From a virus (lineage: Duplodnaviria > Caudoviricetes), in IMG/VR virus record IMGVR_UViG_3300017719_000122, positions 1 to 28,955 of that record: DNA of 28,955 nucleotides; one strand, given 5' to 3'. Of the stretch, positions 15,796-24,255 are shown piece after piece. The stretch's first letter is position 1; each line of letters starts with the position of its first letter. Under the pieces are notes generated by a model. The model saw only the letters and a program-made list of their open reading frames with translations. It did not search any database and was not told the DNA's origin. The position numbers were made by a program, and so were the translations under genes.

Positions 15796-17157
15796 TTATG
15801 CTGATGGCAATTCAATTACTGGTTTCGCTGAACCTGCTAACGGACTACCTGCAATTGTTTCAAACGTTGCCTGCATTCCACTTTGATTGGCTTCAGTAAA
15901 GTCTGATCCACTAGCATCAGTGAATGCTAAACCATTAACATCAGATACAGATTTGATGTAAGAAGTAGCCGCATTGTCGTATGTGCCTTCCATGCTCATT
16001 TCACCTGCAAGTAAATCTGCTTGTGCTTTCTTAACTAATGTACAGATACCTGATCTTGTGCCTGCCGCGTTGCTTACTAAGTACTTTCTTTTGCCTTTTT
16101 GACGTTTGATGTAAACTGCTTCATCATTAGAACCAAGTACTGAGATTTCATTCTTTGTGAATGTTGCTACTGCACTTAAGTCTAATTTTTCAATGTTTGC
16201 AGTTGATACAACAGTTGTTGTTGTCAATGCCAATGCTGTTCCACCTAATGTTGCTGAAACACTGAAAGTTGTTCCACTATCAATTGTTTTAACAAAATAA
16301 GTAGTACCTGCTGTTAGTCCACCGATGTCTGCACCAAACCAAATTGGAGCATTTAAATCAAATGCACCTGTTGCAGTTACTGTGATTAAGTCAGTTGTTG
16401 CATCTGAACTTGCTGTTGGTGTTGATACTACTGCTAATGCAGAGACTGTGCCTAATGGTACGTTAGCACCGTTTGATGCATATGATACTGTACCAGTACC
16501 TGCTCCAGCGGCTGCCGCTACGAATACTTCACCTAAGTTAGCACCTGTTGCACCCATTGTCTTCCATTGTGCTTCAGTTGTACCAACTGTGTTGTTGATT
16601 ACATAAGTAACGCCAGTAACTAATGCACCTACTGTGAAAGGTGTGTTGTCACCTACAAATGAAAGTTGCTCACCTGCTGATACGTTAGTAGTAAAGTCTG
16701 CATCTTTGTCACCGTATACATCAGTAGTTGCTGTACTGAACCAGAACTTACCAGGCTGTGATACTGCAACTGCACCAAATGCAGTTAACTGTTTACCTGT
16801 TTGTGCAGTATCTCCACCGACTACGCCCATGTCTTGTGGTGTGTCAGATGGATATCCTTCACCGACTTGGTTAACACTTAAGTTAACACTTCCGCCAGTT
16901 GTAGTTGTTAGTGTTGGTGAGACTTGAGGTTGTACTGAAGGGGAAGAATTTAATGCAGTAAAAGTAGTTGCATTAATTACTTCGTTCACAAAGTATGTAG
17001 TTCCGCCAGTTAATCCACCTACTGTTGAAGTAGGGACAAATCTGTCACCGATTGTTAATCCAGTAGTAGAATCTACTGTGATTACGTTTGTGGTTGCAGT
17101 CGTATCGGATAATACCGGTAACGCTGAAACCTTTGCTATTTTTAATTTATTCGCCAT
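15796..17157 (-). CDS. Virion structural protein (453 aa, Thr/Gly/Ala-rich) with duplicated beta modules
   Basis: Two copies of 'ITV......G....GGLT.GTTYFV.......TF'; C-terminal IKRQKGKRKYLV. AGGAG SD and a late promoter. Confidence 0.7.
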   Translation of the reverse strand: MANKLKIAKVSALPVLSDTTATTNVITVDSTTGLTIGDRFVPTSTVGGLTGGTTYFVNEVINATTFTALNSSPSVQPQVSPTLTTTTGGSVNLSVNQVGEGYPSDTPQDMGVVGGDTAQTGKQLTAFGAVAVSQPGKFWFSTATTDVYGDKDADFTTNVSAGEQLSFVGDNTPFTVGALVTGVTYVINNTVGTTEAQWKTMGATGANLGEVFVAAAAGAGTGTVSYASNGANVPLGTVSALAVVSTPTASSDATTDLITVTATGAFDLNAPIWFGADIGGLTAGTTYFVKTIDSGTTFSVSATLGGTALALTTTTVVSTANIEKLDLSAVATFTKNEISVLGSNDEAVYIKRQKGKRKYLVSNAAGTRSGICTLVKKAQADLLAGEMSMEGTYDNAATSYIKSVSDVNGLAFTDASGSDFTEANQSGMQATFETIAGSPLAGSAKPVIELPSA

Positions 17158-17261
17158 TTTATTTCTCCTAATAATTATAGTTGACGTTCTAGGTCACACG
17201 TTCGGTGGGAATAACACCGCATGAGATTGTTTATTGAAGTTTTCGATAAACGAGAACAATC
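17158..17261 (-). ncRNA. Candidate structured cis-regulatory 5' leader RNA
   Basis: About 104 nt between the late promoter and the ATG, with several stems (see findings). No family recognised. Confidence 0.4.
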
Positions 17262-17266
17262 AAATG

Positions 17267-17274
17267 TATTTATC
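17267..17274 (-). promoter_or_regulatory. Late promoter GATAAATA for the 15796..17157 gene
   Basis: Minus strand GATAAATA-CATTT-G. Confidence 0.7.
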
Positions 17275-17300
17275 TAATTAGTAAGAATTATGGGTTAAAT

Positions 17301-19403
17301 TTAGAGTCGGCCGACTGCTATTTCGATAATAGATAACTCACTTTCTGATTTATCTTGTATTGCTTTACCAAGAACAACGCCTGGGTGCATAATAGTAGCA
17401 ACATGATACCAAGCAGTGGCACCACCTTGTCCGTCATGTACCATGATATCACCTTTTTCACATTTGCCTGTAACTTTACATGGCACTCGACCTTGTAATG
17501 CAACTGCAACTGGAATGCCTGAACATCCTTGATTCATAATATATGCTGGTTTTGTTGATACAATTCCTGCTACTCTGTTACTACATTTTACATCTGAAAC
17601 ATGAACTTCTTCATTACCACCGAAGCATACTACAGTACCTACTTCATAGGCTTCTTCACCTTTATAGTACTCAGCCAAGTCAGCATACGTTGATTCTAAT
17701 CTGGACCCTGTCGTTAGTGTCCAATTACCTGTAATTGATCCTGCTGTTGTGTTTGCACCAGTTGTAAGTGTAGGTGTTTGTACTGATCCTGCATCTACTA
17801 ATCCAGTGACTGCTAATGATGTTAGAGTACCTGTACTTGTAATATTTGGTTGTGCGGCTGTTGTTACTGTACTAGCCGTTGCCACAGTACCACTAACGTT
17901 AGCACCTGCGACTGCGTTAGCAGTATCAGCAAATGCAACTTCTCCTGTTACGTTGCCACCAGTTAAAGAAGTTAAGTTAGCACCATCACCTGAAACATAT
18001 GTGAATACACCGCCTGTACCTGCAACATTACCTGATGTGATATTTCCAGTAACTGCTAATGATGTTAATGTACCGACTGACGTGATGTTAGGCTGTGCCG
18101 CAGTATATACTGTACCTGCAACTAATGCATTTGCAGATTGACCTGTAATATTGCCACCAGCAACATTTGATAATCCGCCACCATCACCTGTAATGACACC
18201 TGTAGTAACATCTAAAGCACCAGTCACTGTTAAACTCGTTAAAGTACCGACTGACGTGATGTTTGGTTGTGCGGCTGTTGTTAAAGATCCGCCTATTGTT
18301 GTTCCGGCTATATCAAATAATGCAGTAATGTTACCTAAATTTAATTTTGCATTAGCAGTATCAAATTCATAGCCACCACTTACATTTAATGCTTTGTTTC
18401 CTGTTCCTGTTGTGTCTACTAAAGCAGGATAATAACTTCCTGTAGTAAGATTTCCTACAACACCAAAGTCTGATACATTAGCATATGCAACATTTAAATT
18501 TGCTACACGAGTTGTAGAATCAATTTCAAGTGGAGGTGTCCCAGTTGTAGCAGTAGATACATACCTTAATGCACTGTGAGTACCAGTAGAAGTCACATTG
18601 CCAATACTTGCATTACCATTAACTGTTAATGTTGAAGTACCAGTATCATATGAAAATGATGGAGTACCTGTAAAAATACCACCGCCGGCACTAAGTTGAA
18701 CTGTACCTGCTGTTCCACTAGCCGCAGATCCGCCTCCACCGCCAACACTTGTGACGGCACGACCACCAGTTGTATAAGCACTGTAGCCTGTTGCATCAAC
18801 AGATAATGTTAATGCGGAATCTGTATATAATTCAAAAGTTGTAGAAGTAAGAACCTTTACATAGTAAGATACACCATTAACTTCAGTCATTCCCCCAACA
18901 TCAGATACAGTTACTAGTGTTGCGTTAGTGAAGAAATTTTCTGGAGTAGTTGTTACTACTGCTGGATTTGTTTGAGTGATTCCTGTGATAGTACCTGTAA
19001 GAACTCCACTTGGTCCCCATGAAAGATTGCCAACGCCATCTGTTTGTAAAACGTAACCGTTTGTGCCGCCAGTAACTTGAACATCTTCAACAGCACCCAA
19101 AGTGATTGTTCCACCTGCACTGCCCCCTTTGTTAACCCAGTTAGTACCATCATATGCAAGTATTTCGCCATCAGCGACTGTGTTTGCTATATTTAGATTT
19201 CCAACTGCCCCATCGATCTGACTAAATGTAATGTCAGAGTATGAAGTCAATACTTCAATATTTTCTAAGTTGCCAGTGGCTGTTTTACCAATGAATACTT
19301 TTTTAGCATCACTAGCAAAGCCAAGTTCTGCTTCGTCTAATTGAGGTAGGTCAACGAGGTTTCCTGATCGTTGCTGAATTTTAGATATTTGTACGATAGC
19401 CAT
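17301..19403 (-). CDS. Tail fibre/spike protein with Mtd-N-like N-terminus, FCCH-like domain, shaft repeats and a C-terminal intramolecular chaperone (peptidase G2-like)
   Basis: N-terminal QISKIQQRSG...LPQLDEAELG. Then ITGITQTNPAVVT...VGGMTEVNG..YYV and three TAAQPNITS.GTLTSL repeats. C-terminal YADLAEYY...GTVV...VAGIVST.PAYIMN...VALQGRVPCKV. Confidence 0.8.
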   Translation of the reverse strand: MAIVQISKIQQRSGNLVDLPQLDEAELGFASDAKKVFIGKTATGNLENIEVLTSYSDITFSQIDGAVGNLNIANTVADGEILAYDGTNWVNKGGSAGGTITLGAVEDVQVTGGTNGYVLQTDGVGNLSWGPSGVLTGTITGITQTNPAVVTTTPENFFTNATLVTVSDVGGMTEVNGVSYYVKVLTSTTFELYTDSALTLSVDATGYSAYTTGGRAVTSVGGGGGSAASGTAGTVQLSAGGGIFTGTPSFSYDTGTSTLTVNGNASIGNVTSTGTHSALRYVSTATTGTPPLEIDSTTRVANLNVAYANVSDFGVVGNLTTGSYYPALVDTTGTGNKALNVSGGYEFDTANAKLNLGNITALFDIAGTTIGGSLTTAAQPNITSVGTLTSLTVTGALDVTTGVITGDGGGLSNVAGGNITGQSANALVAGTVYTAAQPNITSVGTLTSLAVTGNITSGNVAGTGGVFTYVSGDGANLTSLTGGNVTGEVAFADTANAVAGANVSGTVATASTVTTAAQPNITSTGTLTSLAVTGLVDAGSVQTPTLTTGANTTAGSITGNWTLTTGSRLESTYADLAEYYKGEEAYEVGTVVCFGGNEEVHVSDVKCSNRVAGIVSTKPAYIMNQGCSGIPVAVALQGRVPCKVTGKCEKGDIMVHDGQGGATAWYHVATIMHPGVVLGKAIQDKSESELSIIEIAVGRL
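17811..18282 (-). repeat. Three imperfect ~55-bp coding repeats (TAAQPNITS(V/T)GTLTSL(A/T)VTG)
   Basis: Copies at about 17811-17864, 18051-18104 and 18221-18282. Confidence 0.8.
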
Positions 19404-19431
19404 AAGTCTAATCTTTTCCTGTGATTATACT

Positions 19432-19439
19432 TATTTATC
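19432..19439 (-). promoter_or_regulatory. Late promoter GATAAATA for the tail fibre gene
   Basis: Minus strand GATAAATA-AGTAT-AATCACAGGAAAAGATTAGACTT-ATG. Confidence 0.75.
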
Positions 19440-19460
19440 ATAATTTTTTACCCTTACACT

Positions 19461-20144
19461 TTAGACAAACTTAGTGTAATATTCTTCTAGTTTCTTCAAC
19501 CATAGTTGTTGATATTTGTCAAATTCTTTGCCTTCGATGATAAATTCTTGGTATTCATTATCTTTGCTACACATAAAGATAACACCTTTACGTATTGTTG
19601 TGCCATAAACTGCATTATGGGCATCAGCATAAGCAGTCATTTGAATAAAGTAATCGTCAATCCATTCACGTTTTTTAGGCTTGTTCGTTTGCTTATGGTC
19701 CATAATTGCTTCATCACCTGAATGTACACCAACTAAGTCAGTAGTGCCTGCATAGATTTCTGGATACCACAATGAGACTTCAGTTCCCCAATATTCATCA
19801 CAGTTCACAAGTCCTTCATTTATGATTGTCTGAGCCATGATATGACTTTGTTGACTATATGGATTAGAGCCTGGTGATCCTTTATCATCTGTTAAGATAT
19901 AGTCCTCAAGCCATTTATGCATACGTGTTCCGCGACCTGCGGCTTCAGTAGTGATCTCTTGTGCTTTGGCATAGCCAACTCTTTTACGCCAATTCTGAAG
20001 AGCGGCTTTCTTTTCTTCTGATGCAGTAGCAGAAAGAATAGTAGTGACACTTGGAAGTTTGTGACCATCTGGCGTTACATATTTACGTGAACCTTCAAAA
20101 CTTTTTTTCTTTAATTCTTGGTACGGGTATTTTTCTGTTATCAT
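19461..20144 (-). CDS. PD-(D/E)XK exonuclease (RecB/MGME1-like phage exonuclease)
   Basis: YVTPDG..LPSVTTIL, RGT.MH, E..L, YAGTTDLVG, IMDHKQ and Q..AY; ATGA overlap with the upstream gene. Confidence 0.85.
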   Translation of the reverse strand: MITEKYPYQELKKKSFEGSRKYVTPDGHKLPSVTTILSATASEEKKAALQNWRKRVGYAKAQEITTEAAGRGTRMHKWLEDYILTDDKGSPGSNPYSQQSHIMAQTIINEGLVNCDEYWGTEVSLWYPEIYAGTTDLVGVHSGDEAIMDHKQTNKPKKREWIDDYFIQMTAYADAHNAVYGTTIRKGVIFMCSKDNEYQEFIIEGKEFDKYQQLWLKKLEEYYTKFV

Positions 20145-21025
20145 GGTAATAAACTCCTTGTTGAGTTGTTTTCTGTGCTAGGTTTGCCAAGCCACCACTT
20201 GTTTATATAGTCAAATCCAAGTTCATGCATGTAGTAAACATTTCTGCTAAAATCTAATGGATAGTAATCAATTGCGTGATTGGGGTGTGCGTCTACTTTC
20301 TTTTGTGATTCTGGTGGGCAAATCAATAGATCATGTAACTTAGCATAAGGTAAATCAATAACTTCGATATCATCATAACGAGTTTCTATTTCTTTCCAAA
20401 TATAATCTGCAAGATGTTTATGTCCTTCTTCTGTTTCATGTAAGCATGTTGTCTTTTCAAAATCATCAGTAACAATATTAAAGTCTTGTAATTTGCTTGG
20501 GTGTGAGTCTAATTCATTTTTGAGAATTAATTCATATGTATCTATAAAATCGCATATGGTAGGATCACATTCTGGCATATAATCTGTAGAAAAATGAGAT
20601 ACATTGTGCATGTCTAAAAGATTATTGATACTAGTCCAACGATGCAATTTGTCTTGTGCTAATAAACAATAGTAATATTCATCTGAAGTTATGATAATTT
20701 CTTTTTCTAAGGGAGTAGCATTTACTGCACTGCCTACAACTCTAAACTCTTGGTTCTCTTGGTGATATGCTTCTCTACGTGATGATTGAGTGTATGCATG
20801 TATATAGAGAGGATTATTATCATGTAACAAATCTTTATAAAAGTATTGCATTGTTCTACGATAAATTGCTGTGTTACCTTGTCCAGGTAAAGCGAGATTG
20901 ATTAACGGAACGCCTAAACGTTTTGCAATAATAGATGCCCATCCATTGTTGATAGGATCTTCTATTCCATGTCCGTATGTGTAACTACAGCCGTTAACGA
21001 CTAAGTGTGATATTTTTAGATTCAA
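20141..21025 (-). CDS. SGNH/GDSL-like hydrolase or acyltransferase family protein
   Basis: Block I VVNGCSYTYG, block II NLALPGQGN, and C-terminal LHETEEGH..LA. Start placed at TTG 21025, overlapping the iscA stop (TTGA); the track start is 21052. Confidence 0.65.
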   Translation of the reverse strand: MNLKISHLVVNGCSYTYGHGIEDPINNGWASIIAKRLGVPLINLALPGQGNTAIYRRTMQYFYKDLLHDNNPLYIHAYTQSSRREAYHQENQEFRVVGSAVNATPLEKEIIITSDEYYYCLLAQDKLHRWTSINNLLDMHNVSHFSTDYMPECDPTICDFIDTYELILKNELDSHPSKLQDFNIVTDDFEKTTCLHETEEGHKHLADYIWKEIETRYDDIEVIDLPYAKLHDLLICPPESQKKVDAHPNHAIDYYPLDFSRNVYYMHELGFDYINKWWLGKPSTENNSTRSLLP

Positions 21026-21339
21026 ATTGTAAAACTCTCTCCACAACCACAACGTGCTTTCTCTAATGGATTAATGAATTCAAAACCTTCATTAAGTCCA
21101 TTCTTTTGATAGTCAACTGTGATTCCTTCAAGTATGTCATTAGCCTTTGGGTCAATTAGGATTGAGAAGCCTTCATATTCATTATGAATGTCTTCTTCAT
21201 TGATTTTATCTGCAAACTCAAGTTTGTATGCATAGCCACTACAACCAGTAGTTTCAATACCTATACGAATGCCAATGCCTTTGCCGCGATTAGCCAAATG
21301 AGATTTGATTTTGTCTTTTGCTATGTCTGTAACTTCCAT
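21022..21339 (-). CDS. iscA: Iron-sulfur cluster assembly protein IscA (A-type carrier)
   Basis: GIRIG..TTGCSG.AY and F.NP.....CGCGESF supply all three conserved Cys. Start reassigned to ATG 21339. Confidence 0.92.
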   Translation of the reverse strand: MEVTDIAKDKIKSHLANRGKGIGIRIGIETTGCSGYAYKLEFADKINEEDIHNEYEGFSILIDPKANDILEGITVDYQKNGLNEGFEFINPLEKARCGCGESFTI

Positions 21340-21344
21340 ACTTG

Positions 21345-21352
21345 TATTTATC
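21345..21352 (-). promoter_or_regulatory. Late promoter GATAAATA, 5 nt before the iscA ATG
   Basis: Minus strand GATAAATA-CAAGT-ATG. Confidence 0.7.
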
Positions 21353-21363
21353 CTCAACTGTTT

Positions 21364-21392
21364 ATTATATAGATTTTATTGCAAACATGCAA
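21364..21392 (-). promoter_or_regulatory. Sigma70-type promoter upstream of iscA
   Basis: Minus strand TTGCAT-N17-TATAAT. Confidence 0.65.
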
Positions 21393-21394
21393 CA

Positions 21395-22567
21395 TTATTG
21401 GGTGGTTAGATAATCTTTGTATGTTTCGGTTATGTCATTGAATAAATTATACTCTATCTCTAATTCATTGACTCGTTTGTTGTGATGCTCGATATTGTGT
21501 ATTAAAGTGGGTAGCATTTCCTTCATTATCTTACTCAATTCAACACGAGACATTGCATTAATTGATTCTACAACTGCAACTACTTTATCAAATCTCAATT
21601 GATCATCATACGTTTCATCGTAAGATTCATCAATCCAATTACTGTATGTTTTGTAACCCATTTCTTTAAATGCTTTTAATGTATTAGGTTCACCATACAC
21701 AATAAAAGGTTGCAAAGAGTACATTGGTCTTGCATGTTTTTCATTAATTTCAATTCGATTTAAATCTAATTCAAACCATGTACTAGTGACGATTTGAAAG
21801 TATGAATCAGTATGAAGACTTGATTCTAAATGAAACAAATGTGTTGGTCCATGCTGTGTAGGTTCTGAGAATTTATCTAATATTGTTGTGTCATGTAGAA
21901 ATCCGTCTAATAGTCTTTCTTCTACTTTTATAGATTTTTGTATCGTATTATCAAAGTAACTGCCGCTCATTGTACTGATAAAATTATCTTCTTCAAAGTT
22001 TGGTAATTGTAATACTTCATGTATAAACTTTAGTCTGTGTTCACGTGACTTTCCACCTAACAATAACATTTTTTTAGATCGTTCTTGTAAATTTTCAATG
22101 CTTTTTACTGTCTCGTTATAGTTGTTGTTTACAAACAATGAGTCATAGTAGTTAAAAAAAGATCCATTAAGATTGAAGTTGTTCAATGTACTTCTATTGT
22201 TTACATTAGAATCTATGTAGTACAATAGATCAGAGTCTATATTCAAGTCTCTTATTAAATTCTTCATACCATGAACAATACTAGAAACGTTTAGAGATTC
22301 TACTTCATTTAGGTAAATGATGAGTCCACATTTTTTATTTAATAAATCAGAATAAAATAAATTCGATGGGTCTGAAAATTCAGTACGCCAACCAATAGAT
22401 CGTCTACTTGTCAGTAGAAAATAAAATTCATCTTTGGGTCGTTCAGTTACTATTTCTGCTTCTGGGAGAAGATGTAGTGCATGTTCTATTACATGTGATG
22501 TTGGCTTATAAAATCTGCTAATTTCAAATTCATCTACATCATGTATAGGTACAAATTTTACGGTCAT
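21395..22567 (-). CDS. Hypothetical protein, glycosyltransferase-like; paralogue of 7862..9193
   Basis: INEKHARPMYSLQPFIVYG...LKAFKEMGYKTY..WIDESYD...HN. Confidence 0.55.
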   Translation of the reverse strand: MTVKFVPIHDVDEFEISRFYKPTSHVIEHALHLLPEAEIVTERPKDEFYFLLTSRRSIGWRTEFSDPSNLFYSDLLNKKCGLIIYLNEVESLNVSSIVHGMKNLIRDLNIDSDLLYYIDSNVNNRSTLNNFNLNGSFFNYYDSLFVNNNYNETVKSIENLQERSKKMLLLGGKSREHRLKFIHEVLQLPNFEEDNFISTMSGSYFDNTIQKSIKVEERLLDGFLHDTTILDKFSEPTQHGPTHLFHLESSLHTDSYFQIVTSTWFELDLNRIEINEKHARPMYSLQPFIVYGEPNTLKAFKEMGYKTYSNWIDESYDETYDDQLRFDKVVAVVESINAMSRVELSKIMKEMLPTLIHNIEHHNKRVNELEIEYNLFNDITETYKDYLTTQ

Positions 22568-22576
22568 TTAGGAAAC

Positions 22577-22960
22577 TTATGAGACAGAAATTCCACCAGG
22601 GAGATCAGGACGACTTTTCATTGCAGAGTTAGCCATGTTGGCTACAACTTTTTGACTATCTGGTTCTTTTTCCTGTCCAGGATTTATAGTGACAGTTTCG
22701 TCACCTTTAAAGACTATTTTGTCGCCTTGAATATTTGAGATCACACTACTAAGTAGTGGCTCATCTAACATTGTATACAAATCTTCTGTGTTGAGTACAA
22801 TATCTTGGGATTGAAACAGAGCCAATAATTGATCAACCGTGTAGTTATCTGGATCAATGTCTCCATTGTCCACTAATTCTTTTAAATGATTAGTAACTGC
22901 GATGATTGATGCGGCTAAGGCTTTATCTTCGGCAGGCTCCACAAACTCGTTAAGCCTCAT
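22577..22960 (-). CDS. Hypothetical acidic protein, putative internal head protein
   Basis: Starts MRLNEFVE; lies in a late-promoter operon. Confidence 0.7.
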   Translation of the reverse strand: MRLNEFVEPAEDKALAASIIAVTNHLKELVDNGDIDPDNYTVDQLLALFQSQDIVLNTEDLYTMLDEPLLSSVISNIQGDKIVFKGDETVTINPGQEKEPDSQKVVANMANSAMKSRPDLPGGISVS

Positions 22961-22965
22961 TAGAT

Positions 22966-23703
22966 TTACCTTTTTGCTCTACCGACTGGTCCTGTTGATA
23001 CGTCTACGTTAACATCTTCGATATCAGTAACTGGTGCAGGAGCATTAACGTCTACAACGTCAGTTCCCATATCGCCTGTTACATCTATTGCTGGATTAGA
23101 AACATCCATGCTGTCAACTCCAACTTCACCACCACCTAGACCTGAATCTACGTCACCGTCAAATGCATCTACAACGTCTCCGCCTGTAATGCCTGCTAGT
23201 GCTTGATCAAGTTGTCCTTTGACTGATACTAAACACTGATTCAATTCTGCAAGTGCTTGTCCTGCTGTTTGATCAAATGCTTGTGCTTCGTTAACACCAA
23301 TTTCTGTTTGAACAGAGTCAACTAGTGCTGGCATCTCTTTGACCATCATGTCTGAGATTTCTTCTAGCATCTTTTGTACTGAATCAACCATGTCTTGTGC
23401 GGCTAAGATAACTTGTGATCTGTTAACTTCTTCGTTTTCAGTGATGATTGCTGATTTTGGTGCTTCTGGAGCTACTTTGTAATGATCTCTAAGTGCTTGT
23501 TCGACAAATACTAGTTTCATGTATGAAGGGTATTCTGAACCAAAAGTCTTTGCTTCTCTTGCTTCTGCAATTAAGCCTTTTACCTTGTTATGCATAGTTT
23601 GCGTTTGAATTTTATTAAGACCGTCTATTTTAAGATCGACCTCAAAATTCTCTTTTAACGCTTTAACTGCGTGTTTTTGCGTGTTTAAATCATTTAGTTT
23701 CAT
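22966..23703 (-). CDS. Hypothetical acidic helical protein, putative prohead core/internal protein
   Basis: Starts MKLNDL, contains IITE and QVILAAQDMVD..QKMLE, has an acidic tail and ends GRAKR; AGGA SD. Confidence 0.7.
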   Translation of the reverse strand: MKLNDLNTQKHAVKALKENFEVDLKIDGLNKIQTQTMHNKVKGLIAEAREAKTFGSEYPSYMKLVFVEQALRDHYKVAPEAPKSAIITENEEVNRSQVILAAQDMVDSVQKMLEEISDMMVKEMPALVDSVQTEIGVNEAQAFDQTAGQALAELNQCLVSVKGQLDQALAGITGGDVVDAFDGDVDSGLGGGEVGVDSMDVSNPAIDVTGDMGTDVVDVNAPAPVTDIEDVNVDVSTGPVGRAKR

Positions 23704-23712
23704 AATCAGTTC

Positions 23713-24255
23713 CTAGTAATCTGTACTTGAGTATATGTATTTATCTTCTGGTGTAGAATTTTTGATATTTTTGTAACGGGTTTTCTTGTACGTTTCAAAA
23801 ATCTTTGTTTGTTCATTCTTAGAAGTATTTATATGTTTTTGTATTTCTAAAAGAATTTGTTTTTTCTTTATATAGTCTTCTTCTAATTTTGTTAACTGTA
23901 TTAGTCTCAGGTCTAAACTGTTCTTCTTAGTTTTGTATCCTTTAGTGTGAATTTTTATATCTAAGTTAATACTACTCAGTCTGCAATCTAATTGATAAAG
24001 TTTTACAGCCGAATCAGTTCGTTTACTATTATGGAGCACACAATATGACATTGCAGTCTTAACAGAAATAAAATCTCTATTCTCCATCCAAGAACGTTGT
24101 TTTACACGATAGCAACCATCCTTTGTTTTAGTGATGTGATAGTTTCCAAACACACTAATACCAGACGAATCTTTTTTAATATAATGATGTCTTAGTCCAG
24201 ACAACATTTCTTGTTTAAATAAGTGACTGATTTTTTCTTTATCTTCTTTTTTCAT
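23713..24255 (-). CDS. Hypothetical basic protein (180 aa)
   Basis: ATGA overlap with the upstream gene; GGAG SD. Confidence 0.7.
   Translation of the reverse strand: MKKEDKEKISHLFKQEMLSGLRHHYIKKDSSGISVFGNYHITKTKDGCYRVKQRSWMENRDFISVKTAMSYCVLHNSKRTDSAVKLYQLDCRLSSINLDIKIHTKGYKTKKNSLDLRLIQLTKLEEDYIKKKQILLEIQKHINTSKNEQTKIFETYKKTRYKNIKNSTPEDKYIYSSTDY
23738..23745 (-). promoter_or_regulatory. Late promoter GATAAATA inside the upstream CDS, serving 22966..23703
   Basis: Minus strand GATAAATA-CATAT-A...AGGAACTGATT-ATG. A canonical TATAAATA also lies at 23826..23833. Confidence 0.6.

Noticed and set aside
17158-17261. tRNA or known riboswitch
   Set aside because: There is no cloverleaf or T-loop in the right context and no aptamer consensus I recognise; kept only as an unassigned structured leader.
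17811-18282. CRISPR-like repeat array
   Set aside because: The repeats are degenerate, in-frame coding repeats with irregular spacing.
17301-19403. Diversity-generating retroelement target, suggested by the Mtd-N-like N-terminus
   Set aside because: There is no reverse transcriptase, no TR/VR pair with adenine-specific mismatches and no C-type lectin C-terminus in the window.
19461-20144. Cas4 or Fe-S nuclease as the IscA client
   Set aside because: It has only two Cys, lacks the four-Cys Fe-S motif, and has no cas context.
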